A DNA stretch of 55,858 nucleotides from positions 1 to 55,858 of the forward strand of contig CAZDKH010000009.1 in the NCBI GenBank assembly GCA_964506225.1. Direction: 5' to 3'. A program made the translations under genes and the position numbers. The notes below the pieces were generated by a model, which was not told the DNA's origin, did no database searches, and saw nothing but the letters and a program-made list of their open reading frames with translations. The stretch comes from an uncultured Gammaproteobacteria bacterium (GTDB lineage: Bacteria; Patescibacteriota; Microgenomatia; UBA8517). Shown here one piece after another: positions 1-9,772 of the stretch (position 1 is its first letter; the number at the start of each line of letters is the position of its first letter).

Positions 1-2
1 GT

Positions 3-1286
3 CTAAAGACTTATGAGGTTGACCATGAGGATGCTACAGTTGCCGCTGTGGTTGATTGGATTAATTTGTCGATGCAGTTGGGCGAATCTCCCCTAGCTAA
101 TAACATTGACTGGGCGGAAGAAAATCGAGTAAATATTTTAACCGTTCACTCTTCAAAGGGGCTGGAGTTTCCAGTAGTTTTTTTGGTTAATCTTGTCGTT
201 GGTCGTTTTCCTACTCGAGAGCGCCGCGAACAGATTCCTATCCCCGAAGATTTAATTAAAGAAATATTGCCGGTTGGAGATTATCATGAACAAGAAGAAC
301 GAAGGTTGTTTTATGTAGGAATGACGCGGGCGGCCCAGAGGCTTTATTTTACCGCTGCTAATTATTATGGTGAAGGTAAAAGAGAAAGAAAAATTTCCCC
401 ATTTGTAATCGAAGCGTTAGGGAAGAAGACAATTGAGCAATTGCGCAATTTAGTAATTGAGGAGAAGCAACTTTCACTTTTAGAATGGAGCAAGCCTGAA
501 GAGCCAGAAATTCCCCCCCGGATAAATCAACCGATTACTTATCTTTCCTATTCTCAAATCGAAACTTTTAAAACCTGCCCACTGCACTACAGGCTTCGCT
601 ATATCTTAAATGTGCCAACTCCCCCATCTGCTTCCCAAAGCTTTGGTGTATCTATTCACTCGGCGTTAAGGTTTTTCTATGAGGATCTCAAAAAAGGGGA
701 AAGACCATCCGAAGAACTGCTTCTTTTCAAGTTATCTGAAAATTGGATAAGGGAGGGTTATGCTAGCAAGAGTCATGAACAAAAGTCTTTTGAGAAAGCA
801 AAAAGGTATTTGAGAGAATATTATAAGAGTGAATTTGACCCGGGTATTTTACCTATTGTTCTTGAACAGCAATTTCGCGCACCCCTTCCCAGCAAAGAAA
901 AAGAAAGACCACTTGTCGTCGGGGGGAAGATTGATAGAGTTGATGATTTGGGAAACGGAGTAATTGAAATTATTGATTACAAAACTGGAGTCAATGTCCC
1001 AACACAAAAGGAGATTGATCATGACCTGCAGCTCACCTTTTATGCTCTTTGTGCTACTTTAGTCAAAGAAATTCCCTTTGGAAAGCGTCCGGAAGAAGTA
1101 AAACTAACACTTTATTATTTTGACAATCAGAAAAAAATTACTACAGTGAGAACTGAAAAACAGTTAAATGAGGCTACTGAAGAGATTTATGAGATAAGAA
1201 GACAAATCGAAGGGTCAGATTTCAGATGTTCCGGAGGAATTCTTTGTAGAAGTTGTGAGTATAAGCTGTATTGTAACGTGGATTAG
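3..1286 (+). CDS. C-terminal part of a UvrD-type helicase fused to a PD-(D/E)XK (AddB/Cas4-like) nuclease domain; 5' end cut by the window edge
   Basis: The frame is open from nt 3, with no stop before the GTG at 48. Helicase C-terminal motifs VHSSKGLEFPVVF and FYVGMTRA. Nuclease motif GKIDRVDD...IEIIDYKTG. Fe-S type cysteines: FKTCP plus CX2CX5C (CRSCEYKLYC) at the C-terminus. Confidence 0.8.
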   Translation, partial: LKTYEVDHEDATVAAVVDWINLSMQLGESPLANNIDWAEENRVNILTVHSSKGLEFPVVFLVNLVVGRFPTRERREQIPIPEDLIKEILPVGDYHEQEERRLFYVGMTRAAQRLYFTAANYYGEGKRERKISPFVIEALGKKTIEQLRNLVIEEKQLSLLEWSKPEEPEIPPRINQPITYLSYSQIETFKTCPLHYRLRYILNVPTPPSASQSFGVSIHSALRFFYEDLKKGERPSEELLLFKLSENWIREGYASKSHEQKSFEKAKRYLREYYKSEFDPGILPIVLEQQFRAPLPSKEKERPLVVGGKIDRVDDLGNGVIEIIDYKTGVNVPTQKEIDHDLQLTFYALCATLVKEIPFGKRPEEVKLTLYYFDNQKKITTVRTEKQLNEATEEIYEIRRQIEGSDFRCSGGILCRSCEYKLYCNVD

Positions 1287-1298
1287 TTTCTCTTATAT

Positions 1299-2141
1299 CT
1301 AAGGCCATCTAAACAAATTTGTAATTATTGTTTTTTGGAAAGCACCCGGATATTCGATAATTTTACCTCCGAAGGATTTTTTGAAGCGGGTAAAACCCAG
1401 CCAGCTTTTTAATGGGAAACGTTCATCATAAATTCCCTCAAAATCAAAGATTTTACAACCTCTTTTTTTGGATTTGTTTATTGCCTTCCAGACCAAGAGC
1501 GTTGGGGCAAAAAGGCTTTTGCCCTCGAAAGTTGAAGCGGCATACATATAATAGGCTATATTTTTGGTGTAGATCATAAGTATTCCTCCCAAAATAATAC
1601 CCTCCTTCGAAAATGCCCAAAAAACATCTGAATCATTTTTAAAAGCTTTATGAATTGAAACTATCTCTTTTTTTTGCGAGAAAAATAATCCGCGTTTGCG
1701 AGCGCAAAACTGCCAAAAGTTGGCAAAAAGCTCAATATCTTTTGAAATTTTTATTACAACTTTGTTTCTTTGGGCAATTTTGATATTGTAGCGAGTCTTA
1801 TAATGCATTCCTTTTAAAAGAAATTTTCTTGTTTTTGTGAGATCAATATGAATTGTTTTGGAAGGCAAGAATGTAGATTTCCGGAGTTTGAAACCGTTTT
1901 TGATTAGCTGGGTTAAGTGGTTTTCTCTTTGGGGTTCAAAAATAATCTGGAAGGGTTTTAGTTTTGTATTAATGTATCGATACATTAATACAGAAAAGTT
2001 TTTGGGCCGCTGGATTTTGACAACCCTCCCGATAAATGGGATTTTCTTACTGAAATAATATATATCATTTAACTTTCCAACTTCCCAGCCAATAAGTCTC
2101 ATATATTTGGCATAGTTTTTAGTTTGGCGAAGATCCTGCAT
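1299..2141 (-). CDS. FemAB-family peptidoglycan bridge-forming aminoacyltransferase homolog (short paralog, 280 aa)
   Basis: Same layout as the adjacent 335-aa paralog. HYKTRYNIKIAQRN, AYYMYAAS and IFDFEG motifs resemble FemX/FemAB GNAT-fold transferases. Its start abuts the stop of the upstream gene. Confidence 0.6.
   Translation of the reverse strand: MQDLRQTKNYAKYMRLIGWEVGKLNDIYYFSKKIPFIGRVVKIQRPKNFSVLMYRYINTKLKPFQIIFEPQRENHLTQLIKNGFKLRKSTFLPSKTIHIDLTKTRKFLLKGMHYKTRYNIKIAQRNKVVIKISKDIELFANFWQFCARKRGLFFSQKKEIVSIHKAFKNDSDVFWAFSKEGIILGGILMIYTKNIAYYMYAASTFEGKSLFAPTLLVWKAINKSKKRGCKIFDFEGIYDERFPLKSWLGFTRFKKSFGGKIIEYPGAFQKTIITNLFRWP
1965..1992. repeat. 28-bp perfect palindrome inside the 280-aa FemAB-like CDS
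   Basis: TGTATTAATGTATC/GATACATTAATACA. It encodes VLMYRYINT on both strands. Confidence 0.9.
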
Positions 2142-3149
2142 TTAGAATTTTGGTTTTGAAAGGCCAAGCTTTGCCTTGCCGCGCAGATAAAGCCAGCGAA
2201 GAGACTCGGCGAACCTGTATGGATAATAGGCGGGGCTGGTAATAAGGTCCCAAGAGCCTAAAAACTCGATAACTTTGGGATTATAGCCCTCCTTAAATTT
2301 GGTAAAGCCCTTTCCCTCTTCCCTACCCCACAAATCGAAAGTTTTTAGTTTTAACTTTTTACCAAATTTAATTGCTTCCCACATCATCAAATTATTAGCC
2401 ATGACGTTTTTGTATTTGTCGGTTGAAGCTCCATAAGGATAATAAAGAAAGTCATGCCAGACAAAAAGCACCCATGTGGCAATTATTTCGTGGTTATAAG
2501 TTGCCGTGAGTAATTTTGCAATTTTGGCTTTATGTAGTGTTTCCCACATGAGACGGTGGTAGTTTTCGTTATGGGCATAAAAGTTCTGCCGAGCAATTGT
2601 TTCGCGCGTCAAAGAAAGATACCTTTCAAAAGCCTCTAAAGAATTATCCTCCTTGATAATTACACCCTTTTTTTGGGCCAAACGGATGTTGTAGCGAGTC
2701 TTGGGGTGAAAACTGGAAAAAAGCTCTTTTTCGGATTTGGTCAAATCAATCCAAAAACTAGTTGGAGTAAAAAATCTCCTGCCCCTTACTGCCCCGGAAC
2801 TTCTTAAAAGATTTATTAATTTTTCGGTTTTTTTAGACCTTATGATATAAGGTTCAAGTTTTATAAATATGAAGTGTTCTTTTTTTGCCAGCTTTTTTAA
2901 AAAAGAAAGCATCTGGGTTGATATCTCAGGCCCCCTAAGAATTGTGGCAACTTGAAAATAAGAGTGGGGAATTGAGCTTGAAACAATCTGGGTTGCACGC
3001 AGCAACTTTTTTCCGTCAAATTCCCCGATTCTAATAACCTTATTTCCTGTTTTTTTTCTGAACTCTCCCCACTCCCAACTTTGTAGAGGATGAACTGCAA
3101 CTTTATTAAAAGCACTTTTTTCTTTTGGTGTTATTTCTCGGATTTGCAT
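2142..3149 (-). CDS. FemAB-family peptidoglycan bridge-forming aminoacyltransferase homolog (335 aa)
   Basis: HPLQSWEWGEF near the N-terminus, PKTRYNIRLAQKKG, LYYPYGAS and NNLMMWEAIKFGK...FDLWG are typical FemAB/FemX family features. Confidence 0.7.
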   Translation of the reverse strand: MQIREITPKEKSAFNKVAVHPLQSWEWGEFRKKTGNKVIRIGEFDGKKLLRATQIVSSSIPHSYFQVATILRGPEISTQMLSFLKKLAKKEHFIFIKLEPYIIRSKKTEKLINLLRSSGAVRGRRFFTPTSFWIDLTKSEKELFSSFHPKTRYNIRLAQKKGVIIKEDNSLEAFERYLSLTRETIARQNFYAHNENYHRLMWETLHKAKIAKLLTATYNHEIIATWVLFVWHDFLYYPYGASTDKYKNVMANNLMMWEAIKFGKKLKLKTFDLWGREEGKGFTKFKEGYNPKVIEFLGSWDLITSPAYYPYRFAESLRWLYLRGKAKLGLSKPKF

Positions 3150-5027
3150 TTATTCATTAAAATTATATTCCAAAATTTTGTTGATGATGGAGTGGTTTAT
3201 GGGTTTGATAAGTGACTCAGGAATCTCAATCAAAAACCTGCTTGGTGGATTTGAGGATTTTTGACCAAAATAAAGGCGGCAAGAAGCATAGGTTAGATAC
3301 AAAAGATTCTTTGCCCTCGTCATACCAACATAAGCTAAACGCCTTTCTTCTTCAAGTTCACTAGTTTCCCATAAAGCCCTCGCATGGGGGAAAAGTCCTT
3401 CCTCCATGCCAACAATAAAGACAACAGGAAACTCTAGACCCTTGGCGGCATGGGTAGTCATGAGAGTGACGCTATTTCCTTTATTAATCGTAGCCGATTT
3501 AAGAAATCCCTTTTCATTTTGCTCGGCTTCAACCAAGGTAACGTTTTCCAAAAAGTTTTCTATGTTTGGAAATTCTGTAGCAACCGATCTAAGTTCTTTT
3601 ATATTTTCAAGCCGGGCAATGTTTTCTTCAGATTCTTTTTGGTAAAGCCCAAGGTAATCTGTACTTTGCACAATTTTATCCATCAATTCCAAGGTAGAAT
3701 AATCTTTCAAATCTTCGCGGATTTTTTCGGCAAAATTTTTGAATCTTTCAAAACGATTCTTACCCAGTTTTTTGACCCTTCTTTCAGAAACAACATCAGA
3801 GGGGTTAACTAAAAGTCTTAAAAAAGAAAGTATATCTTTAATTTCTTTTCTCTCATAGAAACGTATTCCACCAACAATTATATAGGGAATACCAAAGTGC
3901 AAGAATGCCTCTTCTAAAACTCTTGACTGCGCGTTTGTTCGATACAAAACCGCAAAGTCTTTAAAATCAAAACCCTCTGTTGTTTTTAAATGCTTGATTT
4001 CACGGCTAACAAAACTAGCTTCATCAAGCCCTGTTTTGGCCTTAAAGATTCTTATTTTTTCTCCAGTGTCGTTTTGGGTCCAAAGGTTTAAAACCGGATG
4101 TGTGGTGTTTTTGGATATAACTGAATTAGCTGCTGACAAAATGTTTTGAGTTGAGCGGTAATTTTGTTCAAGATTGATAATCTTTATATTTGGGAAGTCG
4201 TGTATCAAATTGGTTATATTTCTAAAATCTGCACCGCGCCAACTGTAAATTGATTGAGCCGCGTCTCCAACTGCCGTGATATTTTTTTGTTTACCAACCA
4301 GCAGTTTTGTAAGCTTATACTGAATTTTATTAGTGTCCTGCCATTCGTCAACAAGAACATGGTTTAGTTTGTTTTGCCATTTATCCAAAACCTCCCTTGA
4401 CTCTTCAAATAATTTAACTGCTTTCAAAAGAAGGTCGTCAAAATCCAATGCCCCAACTTCGATTAAAAATTTTTCGTAAGCAGAGTAAATCTTAAAAAAA
4501 GTTTCTTGCCATTCTCCATTGGCAATCTCTGAATAGCCAAGGGGGGTAATCATCTGGTTTTTGACTGACGATATCTCGGAGGCAACGTTTGCTGGACTGT
4601 AAGAGTCTTTTAGTAAATCGAAATCCTTAAGTATCTGCTTAATGGCGTCTTTTTGATCTTCCTCATCATAAATAATAAAACTGGGGTTAATACCAATATA
4701 CTTCCCTTCAAGCCGCAAAATTCTGGCGCAAAAAGAATGAAAGGTTCCTGCAAAAAATGGAGCTTGATTAGAAAGAGTGGTGATTCTTTCTTTCATTTCG
4801 TTAGCAGCTTTGTTGGTAAAAGTTAGAAGAAGAACTTCTTCGGGTTTGGTTTTGCGAGTGGCGATAAGCCAAGCAGCCCGATGGGTTAGAACACGTGTTT
4901 TACCACTTCCCGCCCCGGCCAAGACCAGAAGAGGTCCGCCCTCGTAAGTTACAGCCTGTCTTTGTGGATGATTCAGTTCTTCCAAGAGCTTGTTATAAGA
5001 GTTATCTTTAAATACAATACCCATCAC
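3150..5027 (-). CDS. pcrA: ATP-dependent DNA helicase, UvrD/PcrA family (compact, 625 aa)
   Basis: Walker A AGAGSGKTRVLTHR, DEWQDTN (motif II), YRS, TTHAAKGLEFPVVF and AYVGMTRA. Confidence 0.9.
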   Translation of the reverse strand: MMGIVFKDNSYNKLLEELNHPQRQAVTYEGGPLLVLAGAGSGKTRVLTHRAAWLIATRKTKPEEVLLLTFTNKAANEMKERITTLSNQAPFFAGTFHSFCARILRLEGKYIGINPSFIIYDEEDQKDAIKQILKDFDLLKDSYSPANVASEISSVKNQMITPLGYSEIANGEWQETFFKIYSAYEKFLIEVGALDFDDLLLKAVKLFEESREVLDKWQNKLNHVLVDEWQDTNKIQYKLTKLLVGKQKNITAVGDAAQSIYSWRGADFRNITNLIHDFPNIKIINLEQNYRSTQNILSAANSVISKNTTHPVLNLWTQNDTGEKIRIFKAKTGLDEASFVSREIKHLKTTEGFDFKDFAVLYRTNAQSRVLEEAFLHFGIPYIIVGGIRFYERKEIKDILSFLRLLVNPSDVVSERRVKKLGKNRFERFKNFAEKIREDLKDYSTLELMDKIVQSTDYLGLYQKESEENIARLENIKELRSVATEFPNIENFLENVTLVEAEQNEKGFLKSATINKGNSVTLMTTHAAKGLEFPVVFIVGMEEGLFPHARALWETSELEEERRLAYVGMTRAKNLLYLTYASCRLYFGQKSSNPPSRFLIEIPESLIKPINHSIINKILEYNFNE

Positions 5028-5043
5028 TGGGTTTTATTCTACC

Positions 5044-6120
5044 ATGGAAGAAGAGAAGTTAACCAAACGCAGAATTTTTTTATCAAGATTAAAAAGAAGG
5101 ATTTTAAAGCATCTTTGGTTAACACGGATTGGTTTGTTGGGCATAATTGGCATGGGTGTATCTCTTGTTATTTGGGGAATTGTAGGTTTTATAGGCAAGA
5201 CTAGTCTTGGTTATTATCTAGACCTTGCCAAAAACTTTCTTTTTACCCCATCTGAAGAAGTTTTATCCTTTGAGGGCAGAACCAATGTTTTGATTCTGGG
5301 AAAAGGAGGAGAAGGACATGAGGCGCCGGATTTGACAGACACAATTATTTTTGTTTCCTTCTCTCACAAGAAAGACGACCTTGTTTTTATCTCTATTCCC
5401 CGGGATATTTGGATTCCTGCGCTTCGGGCTAAATTAAACAGCATCTATTATTGGGGGAACCAAAAACAAAGCGGTGGCGGGATACTTTTGGCCAAGTCTT
5501 CGGTAGAGGAAATTTTGGGGCAACCAATTCACTACGCGGCAGTTGTGGACTTTTACGGCTTTTTGAAGGTGATAGATATTTTGGGGGGTATTGATGTTAA
5601 TGTTGAAAATTCTTTTACAGATGAGAAATACCCAATTCCTGGACGAGAAAATGATTTGTGCGAAGGAGATAAAGAACTTAAGTGTAGATACGAGACTGTC
5701 AGATTTGAGAAAGGTTTGCAAACAATGGATTCCGAAACTGCCCTAAAGTTTGTGCGTTCCCGCAATGCCCAAGGTGATGAGGGAACCGATTTTGCCAGAA
5801 GCGCCAGACAGCAGAAAATTATAGATGCGATAATTAAAAAAGTCTCCATGCCTTCGATTTTTCTTTCCAAATCAAAAGTTAGCTCTCTTTGGACAATATT
5901 TAAAGATTCTATCGAAACAGACATAGGCGATTCTGTCTTGGTTATTCTGGTAAGACGCGCTTTTGACGCTAGAGAATCCAAGAGGTCTTTTATTCTACCA
6001 GAGGAGTTTTTAGAGAATCCGCCAATTTCCGCCAAGTATGATAATCTTTATGTCTTTATCCCCAAAAAAGGAGATTGGTCAGAAGTAAAAGAATGGGTAA
6101 AGGAGATTTTGAATAAATGA
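5044..6120 (+). CDS. LytR-CpsA-Psr (LCP) family cell-envelope glycopolymer ligase homolog
   Basis: N-terminal TM helix. NVLILGKGGEGHEAPDLTDTIIFVSF, ISIPRDIW and ALKFVRSRNAQGDEGTDFARSARQQKIIDAI match the LCP domain pattern. Confidence 0.8.
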   Translation: MEEEKLTKRRIFLSRLKRRILKHLWLTRIGLLGIIGMGVSLVIWGIVGFIGKTSLGYYLDLAKNFLFTPSEEVLSFEGRTNVLILGKGGEGHEAPDLTDTIIFVSFSHKKDDLVFISIPRDIWIPALRAKLNSIYYWGNQKQSGGGILLAKSSVEEILGQPIHYAAVVDFYGFLKVIDILGGIDVNVENSFTDEKYPIPGRENDLCEGDKELKCRYETVRFEKGLQTMDSETALKFVRSRNAQGDEGTDFARSARQQKIIDAIIKKVSMPSIFLSKSKVSSLWTIFKDSIETDIGDSVLVILVRRAFDARESKRSFILPEEFLENPPISAKYDNLYVFIPKKGDWSEVKEWVKEILNK

Positions 6121-6128
6121 CTTGAAGA

Positions 6129-8132
6129 TTAAATGACAGTGACTTTATAGACTCTTGATTGTCCGGCTGAGAAAACAGGCTCCCCGAGTTGTGTAAACTT
6201 TTGTTCATTTAAGTTTGGATATTTTTGTCGTTCAAATGCACCAACCACTATATATTCCACTTTATATTTATGCAAAAGATTTCTAGTTTCGTTTAAATTT
6301 TGCGACGTATAAATAATTTGTACATCGTTGACTCTTGCTTGGGGAATCTCCGGTTTTCCCCGCCAGAGCCATTCATGGACAAACCAGCCTTGGACGGTTG
6401 GCAACCCGCTATAAGCTGAAAGAATGTTGTAGTCCGTGTAGCTGTCTCCGGGGGCCTCAAGAATTACTGGTTGTCCAATGACATTTTCCCTAAACCAAAG
6501 GAGTGTAAGGTATTGATCTGGATACTGGCTAGCAAGCCATTTTTCTCCAGAAAGCCCGTGGTAGGTTTTTAGTTCCCCATAATAAGATTTGATTGCAAAG
6601 TATGGATAGATAAGTACACTACTAGCTAGTAGTAAGTAGGTGGTGGTTAGGATGTATTTGTAAAGATATTTTTTTACTAAGAAGAAAGTTCTAACAAAAA
6701 CGTATCCTGCTGACAGATAGCTTACTACAAAAGCCTGGTAGGTAAGTTTAAACATGGTGTTTGCTCTATAGTGTGATGCAGCGTAGATATCTTTGACATA
6801 AATAATCTCGGGAATGATAACAAGAATAAAGGCAGTCAAGAAAAGGCCAAGGATAAATAAATCTGAAACAATAATCTTTCTTTTTCTGCCAAGAATAAGA
6901 AAAAAGATTGTTCCTGTAATTGCCGGAAACCCCCATAAAATTGCCAGTTGCCAAATGCGGGAGTGGCTGTGAACAAATTTTATTCCCTCGGTAATCGATG
7001 AAAAATGAGTCAAGAAGGGTAAAGCAAAAATGATAGCGCCAATTCCAATAGCTCCCATGGTAATTGCTCTTTGGATAAACTTTTTTCTGGTAAGAACAAG
7101 AGAAATTACAAAGGTCAGCAGGGAATAATTTGCAAAGTCCCAAGTGTTTGTCATAATTATTACTCCCAAACAAAAACTCATAAGAATGTGGTTTAGATAT
7201 TTTTTCTTATTGTTTATAGAAATAAAGTGGTTCCACAAAAGCGCCAGATAAAAAATAACGACAGGAAGGTTGAGGAGATGTGCATGAAGGTCAGAAACAA
7301 CAAAGGAATAAATAGGAAATTCGTGAATTGTTTTATCTTCAACGTCGGGGTTGTAACCAATGAAGCGAGTTGCGTCAGGATACCAGTATCTTTCCGTGCC
7401 GTCTTTTAAGATATAAAAGGGAGCGTGGAAATTGCCGGCAAAAACCACCAAAAACGAAGAGGCTATAGCTCCCAAATAGACAATTTGCATTTTTTTGATT
7501 TTTGCTGATAAGAGAAAAGTTGAAACAATTGAGAAGACTTCTGTCAGGGTAAACCCAGCAATGGTTGCAATCATAAGGTTATAGGTAATATCAGAGGGAA
7601 TTTGGGAAATTTTTGTAGCGAAAGCCGTAAAAAGGTGTCCAAACCAGTAGTAATTTATTGCTTTTCCCGCCATCCACATATCAGAAGGAGGAAAAAAATC
7701 ACTTTTTAAGATTGAGTTGATAAAACCAAAGTCCATAAATTTCTCAAGTCCGCGGATATCCGGTTGAAAGCCACGAATTATTGACCAAAAAGAAAGTCCT
7801 AAAAAAAACAAAATTTCTTGAGCCAAAATTATCCTTTTTCGTTCTGTCAAAGTCTTTAATATCTGATTTTTATGCTTTGAGAAAATCAACAGGTTCAGGA
7901 GAGAAAAAGCTGCAAGAATTATATAAAGATTTATGGTTTTGAATGGCAAGATTTTTAGAGTTCCTCCGCAGAAAGCGGTATAAGAAGTAAGAATGAGCCC
8001 AGCAATTTTTGTGAATCCATAGCCGCCGTCAGAAAAACGCCGCAAAAAAAACCATACCAAAGGAAAACTAACTACTCCAATAACCAAAAACACCAACCAC
8101 CAAGTAGTTATGTAGATAATGTCATTTGTCAT
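6129..8132 (-). CDS. Large polytopic membrane protein, GT-C-like / DUF2298-like (Chlor_Arch_YYY type), with a C-terminal soluble domain
   Basis: Many hydrophobic helices. EFPIYSFVVSDLHAHLLNLP and GWFVHEWLWRG motifs as recalled for DUF2298-type proteins. 11-nt overlap with the upstream gene. Confidence 0.5.
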   Translation of the reverse strand: MTNDIIYITTWWLVFLVIGVVSFPLVWFFLRRFSDGGYGFTKIAGLILTSYTAFCGGTLKILPFKTINLYIILAAFSLLNLLIFSKHKNQILKTLTERKRIILAQEILFFLGLSFWSIIRGFQPDIRGLEKFMDFGFINSILKSDFFPPSDMWMAGKAINYYWFGHLFTAFATKISQIPSDITYNLMIATIAGFTLTEVFSIVSTFLLSAKIKKMQIVYLGAIASSFLVVFAGNFHAPFYILKDGTERYWYPDATRFIGYNPDVEDKTIHEFPIYSFVVSDLHAHLLNLPVVIFYLALLWNHFISINNKKKYLNHILMSFCLGVIIMTNTWDFANYSLLTFVISLVLTRKKFIQRAITMGAIGIGAIIFALPFLTHFSSITEGIKFVHSHSRIWQLAILWGFPAITGTIFFLILGRKRKIIVSDLFILGLFLTAFILVIIPEIIYVKDIYAASHYRANTMFKLTYQAFVVSYLSAGYVFVRTFFLVKKYLYKYILTTTYLLLASSVLIYPYFAIKSYYGELKTYHGLSGEKWLASQYPDQYLTLLWFRENVIGQPVILEAPGDSYTDYNILSAYSGLPTVQGWFVHEWLWRGKPEIPQARVNDVQIIYTSQNLNETRNLLHKYKVEYIVVGAFERQKYPNLNEQKFTQLGEPVFSAGQSRVYKVTVI

Positions 8133-9765
8133 AAAGCATATTAAGGATATCTCCTTTTGAGAGTTTTTGGAATTTTTTAAATATTAAGACTGTTGGGTGG
8201 TCGTAAACCTGAAATGTTTCTTCGCTGGCATCATCGTTAATACTGACTCCGAAAATTTCTGGGTACGAAGAAAAACTTGCAATTTGAAAATAACCAAGTT
8301 TTCCGGAAAATAATAATTTGTAATAATTGCTGGTTATTGGATACATATCGGGCAAATGTGTCAGAGTCCCCCATAATCTTCGGCTACTCAGAATGATATA
8401 CTCGCCACTTGCGAGCTTGTCAGCATAATAAAGGGCTTTCTGGAAATTATCAGGTTCATAGATAGTAAGTTGCTCGATTTTGTATAAATTAGGACTTCCT
8501 TCGCTAAGCGGTACCGGCAATCCGTCATCCCAATGCTCGGTATAAAGCGTTGACCCTCGGGGGATGTTTTTGTAAATCCAGTAAGAAGCTTCTATCCTTG
8601 TTTGAGTTTTTGTGTAAATAGAAAAAAAACTAATTCCCCAAACCACGGTTGTAAAGATAACAAAAAAACTTATTGCTTTTCCCAACCAGGTCAACTTGAC
8701 TTCAATCCTCTCCAAAAACCAACCAGAGGCAATAATAAGAAAAGGAATAAGCGGAACAAGATAGCGAACAAACTTTGCGTGCCAGCTGCCGACATAAAGA
8801 AAGTATAAAATAGGAAAACTCAAAAAAACTAAAAGATTCTTGTTTCTTGTTTTTAAAGCAATTAAAAAAAGCAAAATTAAAGCAGAAACTCCAGTTAGTG
8901 CATTTAAACCAACAAGCCAAGGAAGATTAACTAGTTGATATAAAAAAGGAATTGTATTTGTAAATTGGAGGGTGTAGGGAACAGGTAAAGTTCCTTTTAC
9001 TACACCGTGTTCGTACCTCATTGATTCAAAAAATTTTTCCCTGTTCAAAAGAGTGTATGGAGAAAAAATCATAAAAATACTTAAACCCGCTACTACCGCA
9101 ACAGCAGCTAGAACTTGTTTTCTGAGAAAATGCTTTCTTGTCAAGGTTAACAAATGGGCACTAATTGGTATAACGAGAAAAGCCAGTGCAGAAATTTTTG
9201 TTGCAACTGCTAGACCCAAAAAAAATGCGGTAGTTATGTAGGCCGCCGTCTTTTTCTGATTGATGATTCTCAAAGAGAAAATGCATATTAAAAGAGCAAA
9301 AGAGACAAGAAAGCTTTCTGTAACTGCAAAGTGGGCAGATTGGATAAGTCCCGGAACAAAGGCAGAAAGAATGGTAGCATAAAGTGCTGTCTTGAGATTA
9401 AAGAGCTTTCTTGCGAGTATATAAACAAGAAAAATTGAAAGTGTCGAGACAAGAGCTGAAAAGTGTCGTCCAATAAGACTAATATTTCCCCAATCTGTCA
9501 ACCAGCTGCCGTTTTTAGTAAACCAAGCGAGAGTCTCTGCGGCAGCTCTATATAAATAAATAGTAAATCCTCCATAGGCAAAAAATTTTGGGTCAAGTTG
9601 GTCAAAAAAGGAAATTCTGGTTACTGCCATGACAACATTGCGTTCATCGGGGTGAAAATTTAATTTTTCGTCCCAGTTGAGATTGTAAAACCTCATTAAC
9701 CCTCCTAGAAAAGATATCAAGATAATAAAAATAGTTGGAGAAAGTATGTTTTTTTTTGCCCTCAT
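8122..9765 (-). CDS. Polytopic membrane protein, GT-C fold (ArnT/PMT family-39-like) glycosyltransferase candidate
   Basis: Start moved to the ATG at 9765 (MRAKKNILSP...), because the longer track ORF overlaps the upstream gene. HPDERNVV in the first loop, at least 10 hydrophobic helices, C-terminal soluble domain ending ...EETFQVYDHPTVLIFKK. Confidence 0.5.
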   Translation of the reverse strand: MRAKKNILSPTIFIILISFLGGLMRFYNLNWDEKLNFHPDERNVVMAVTRISFFDQLDPKFFAYGGFTIYLYRAAAETLAWFTKNGSWLTDWGNISLIGRHFSALVSTLSIFLVYILARKLFNLKTALYATILSAFVPGLIQSAHFAVTESFLVSFALLICIFSLRIINQKKTAAYITTAFFLGLAVATKISALAFLVIPISAHLLTLTRKHFLRKQVLAAVAVVAGLSIFMIFSPYTLLNREKFFESMRYEHGVVKGTLPVPYTLQFTNTIPFLYQLVNLPWLVGLNALTGVSALILLFLIALKTRNKNLLVFLSFPILYFLYVGSWHAKFVRYLVPLIPFLIIASGWFLERIEVKLTWLGKAISFFVIFTTVVWGISFFSIYTKTQTRIEASYWIYKNIPRGSTLYTEHWDDGLPVPLSEGSPNLYKIEQLTIYEPDNFQKALYYADKLASGEYIILSSRRLWGTLTHLPDMYPITSNYYKLLFSGKLGYFQIASFSSYPEIFGVSINDDASEETFQVYDHPTVLIFKKFQKLSKGDILNMLYDK

Positions 9766-9772
9766 ACTTTTA

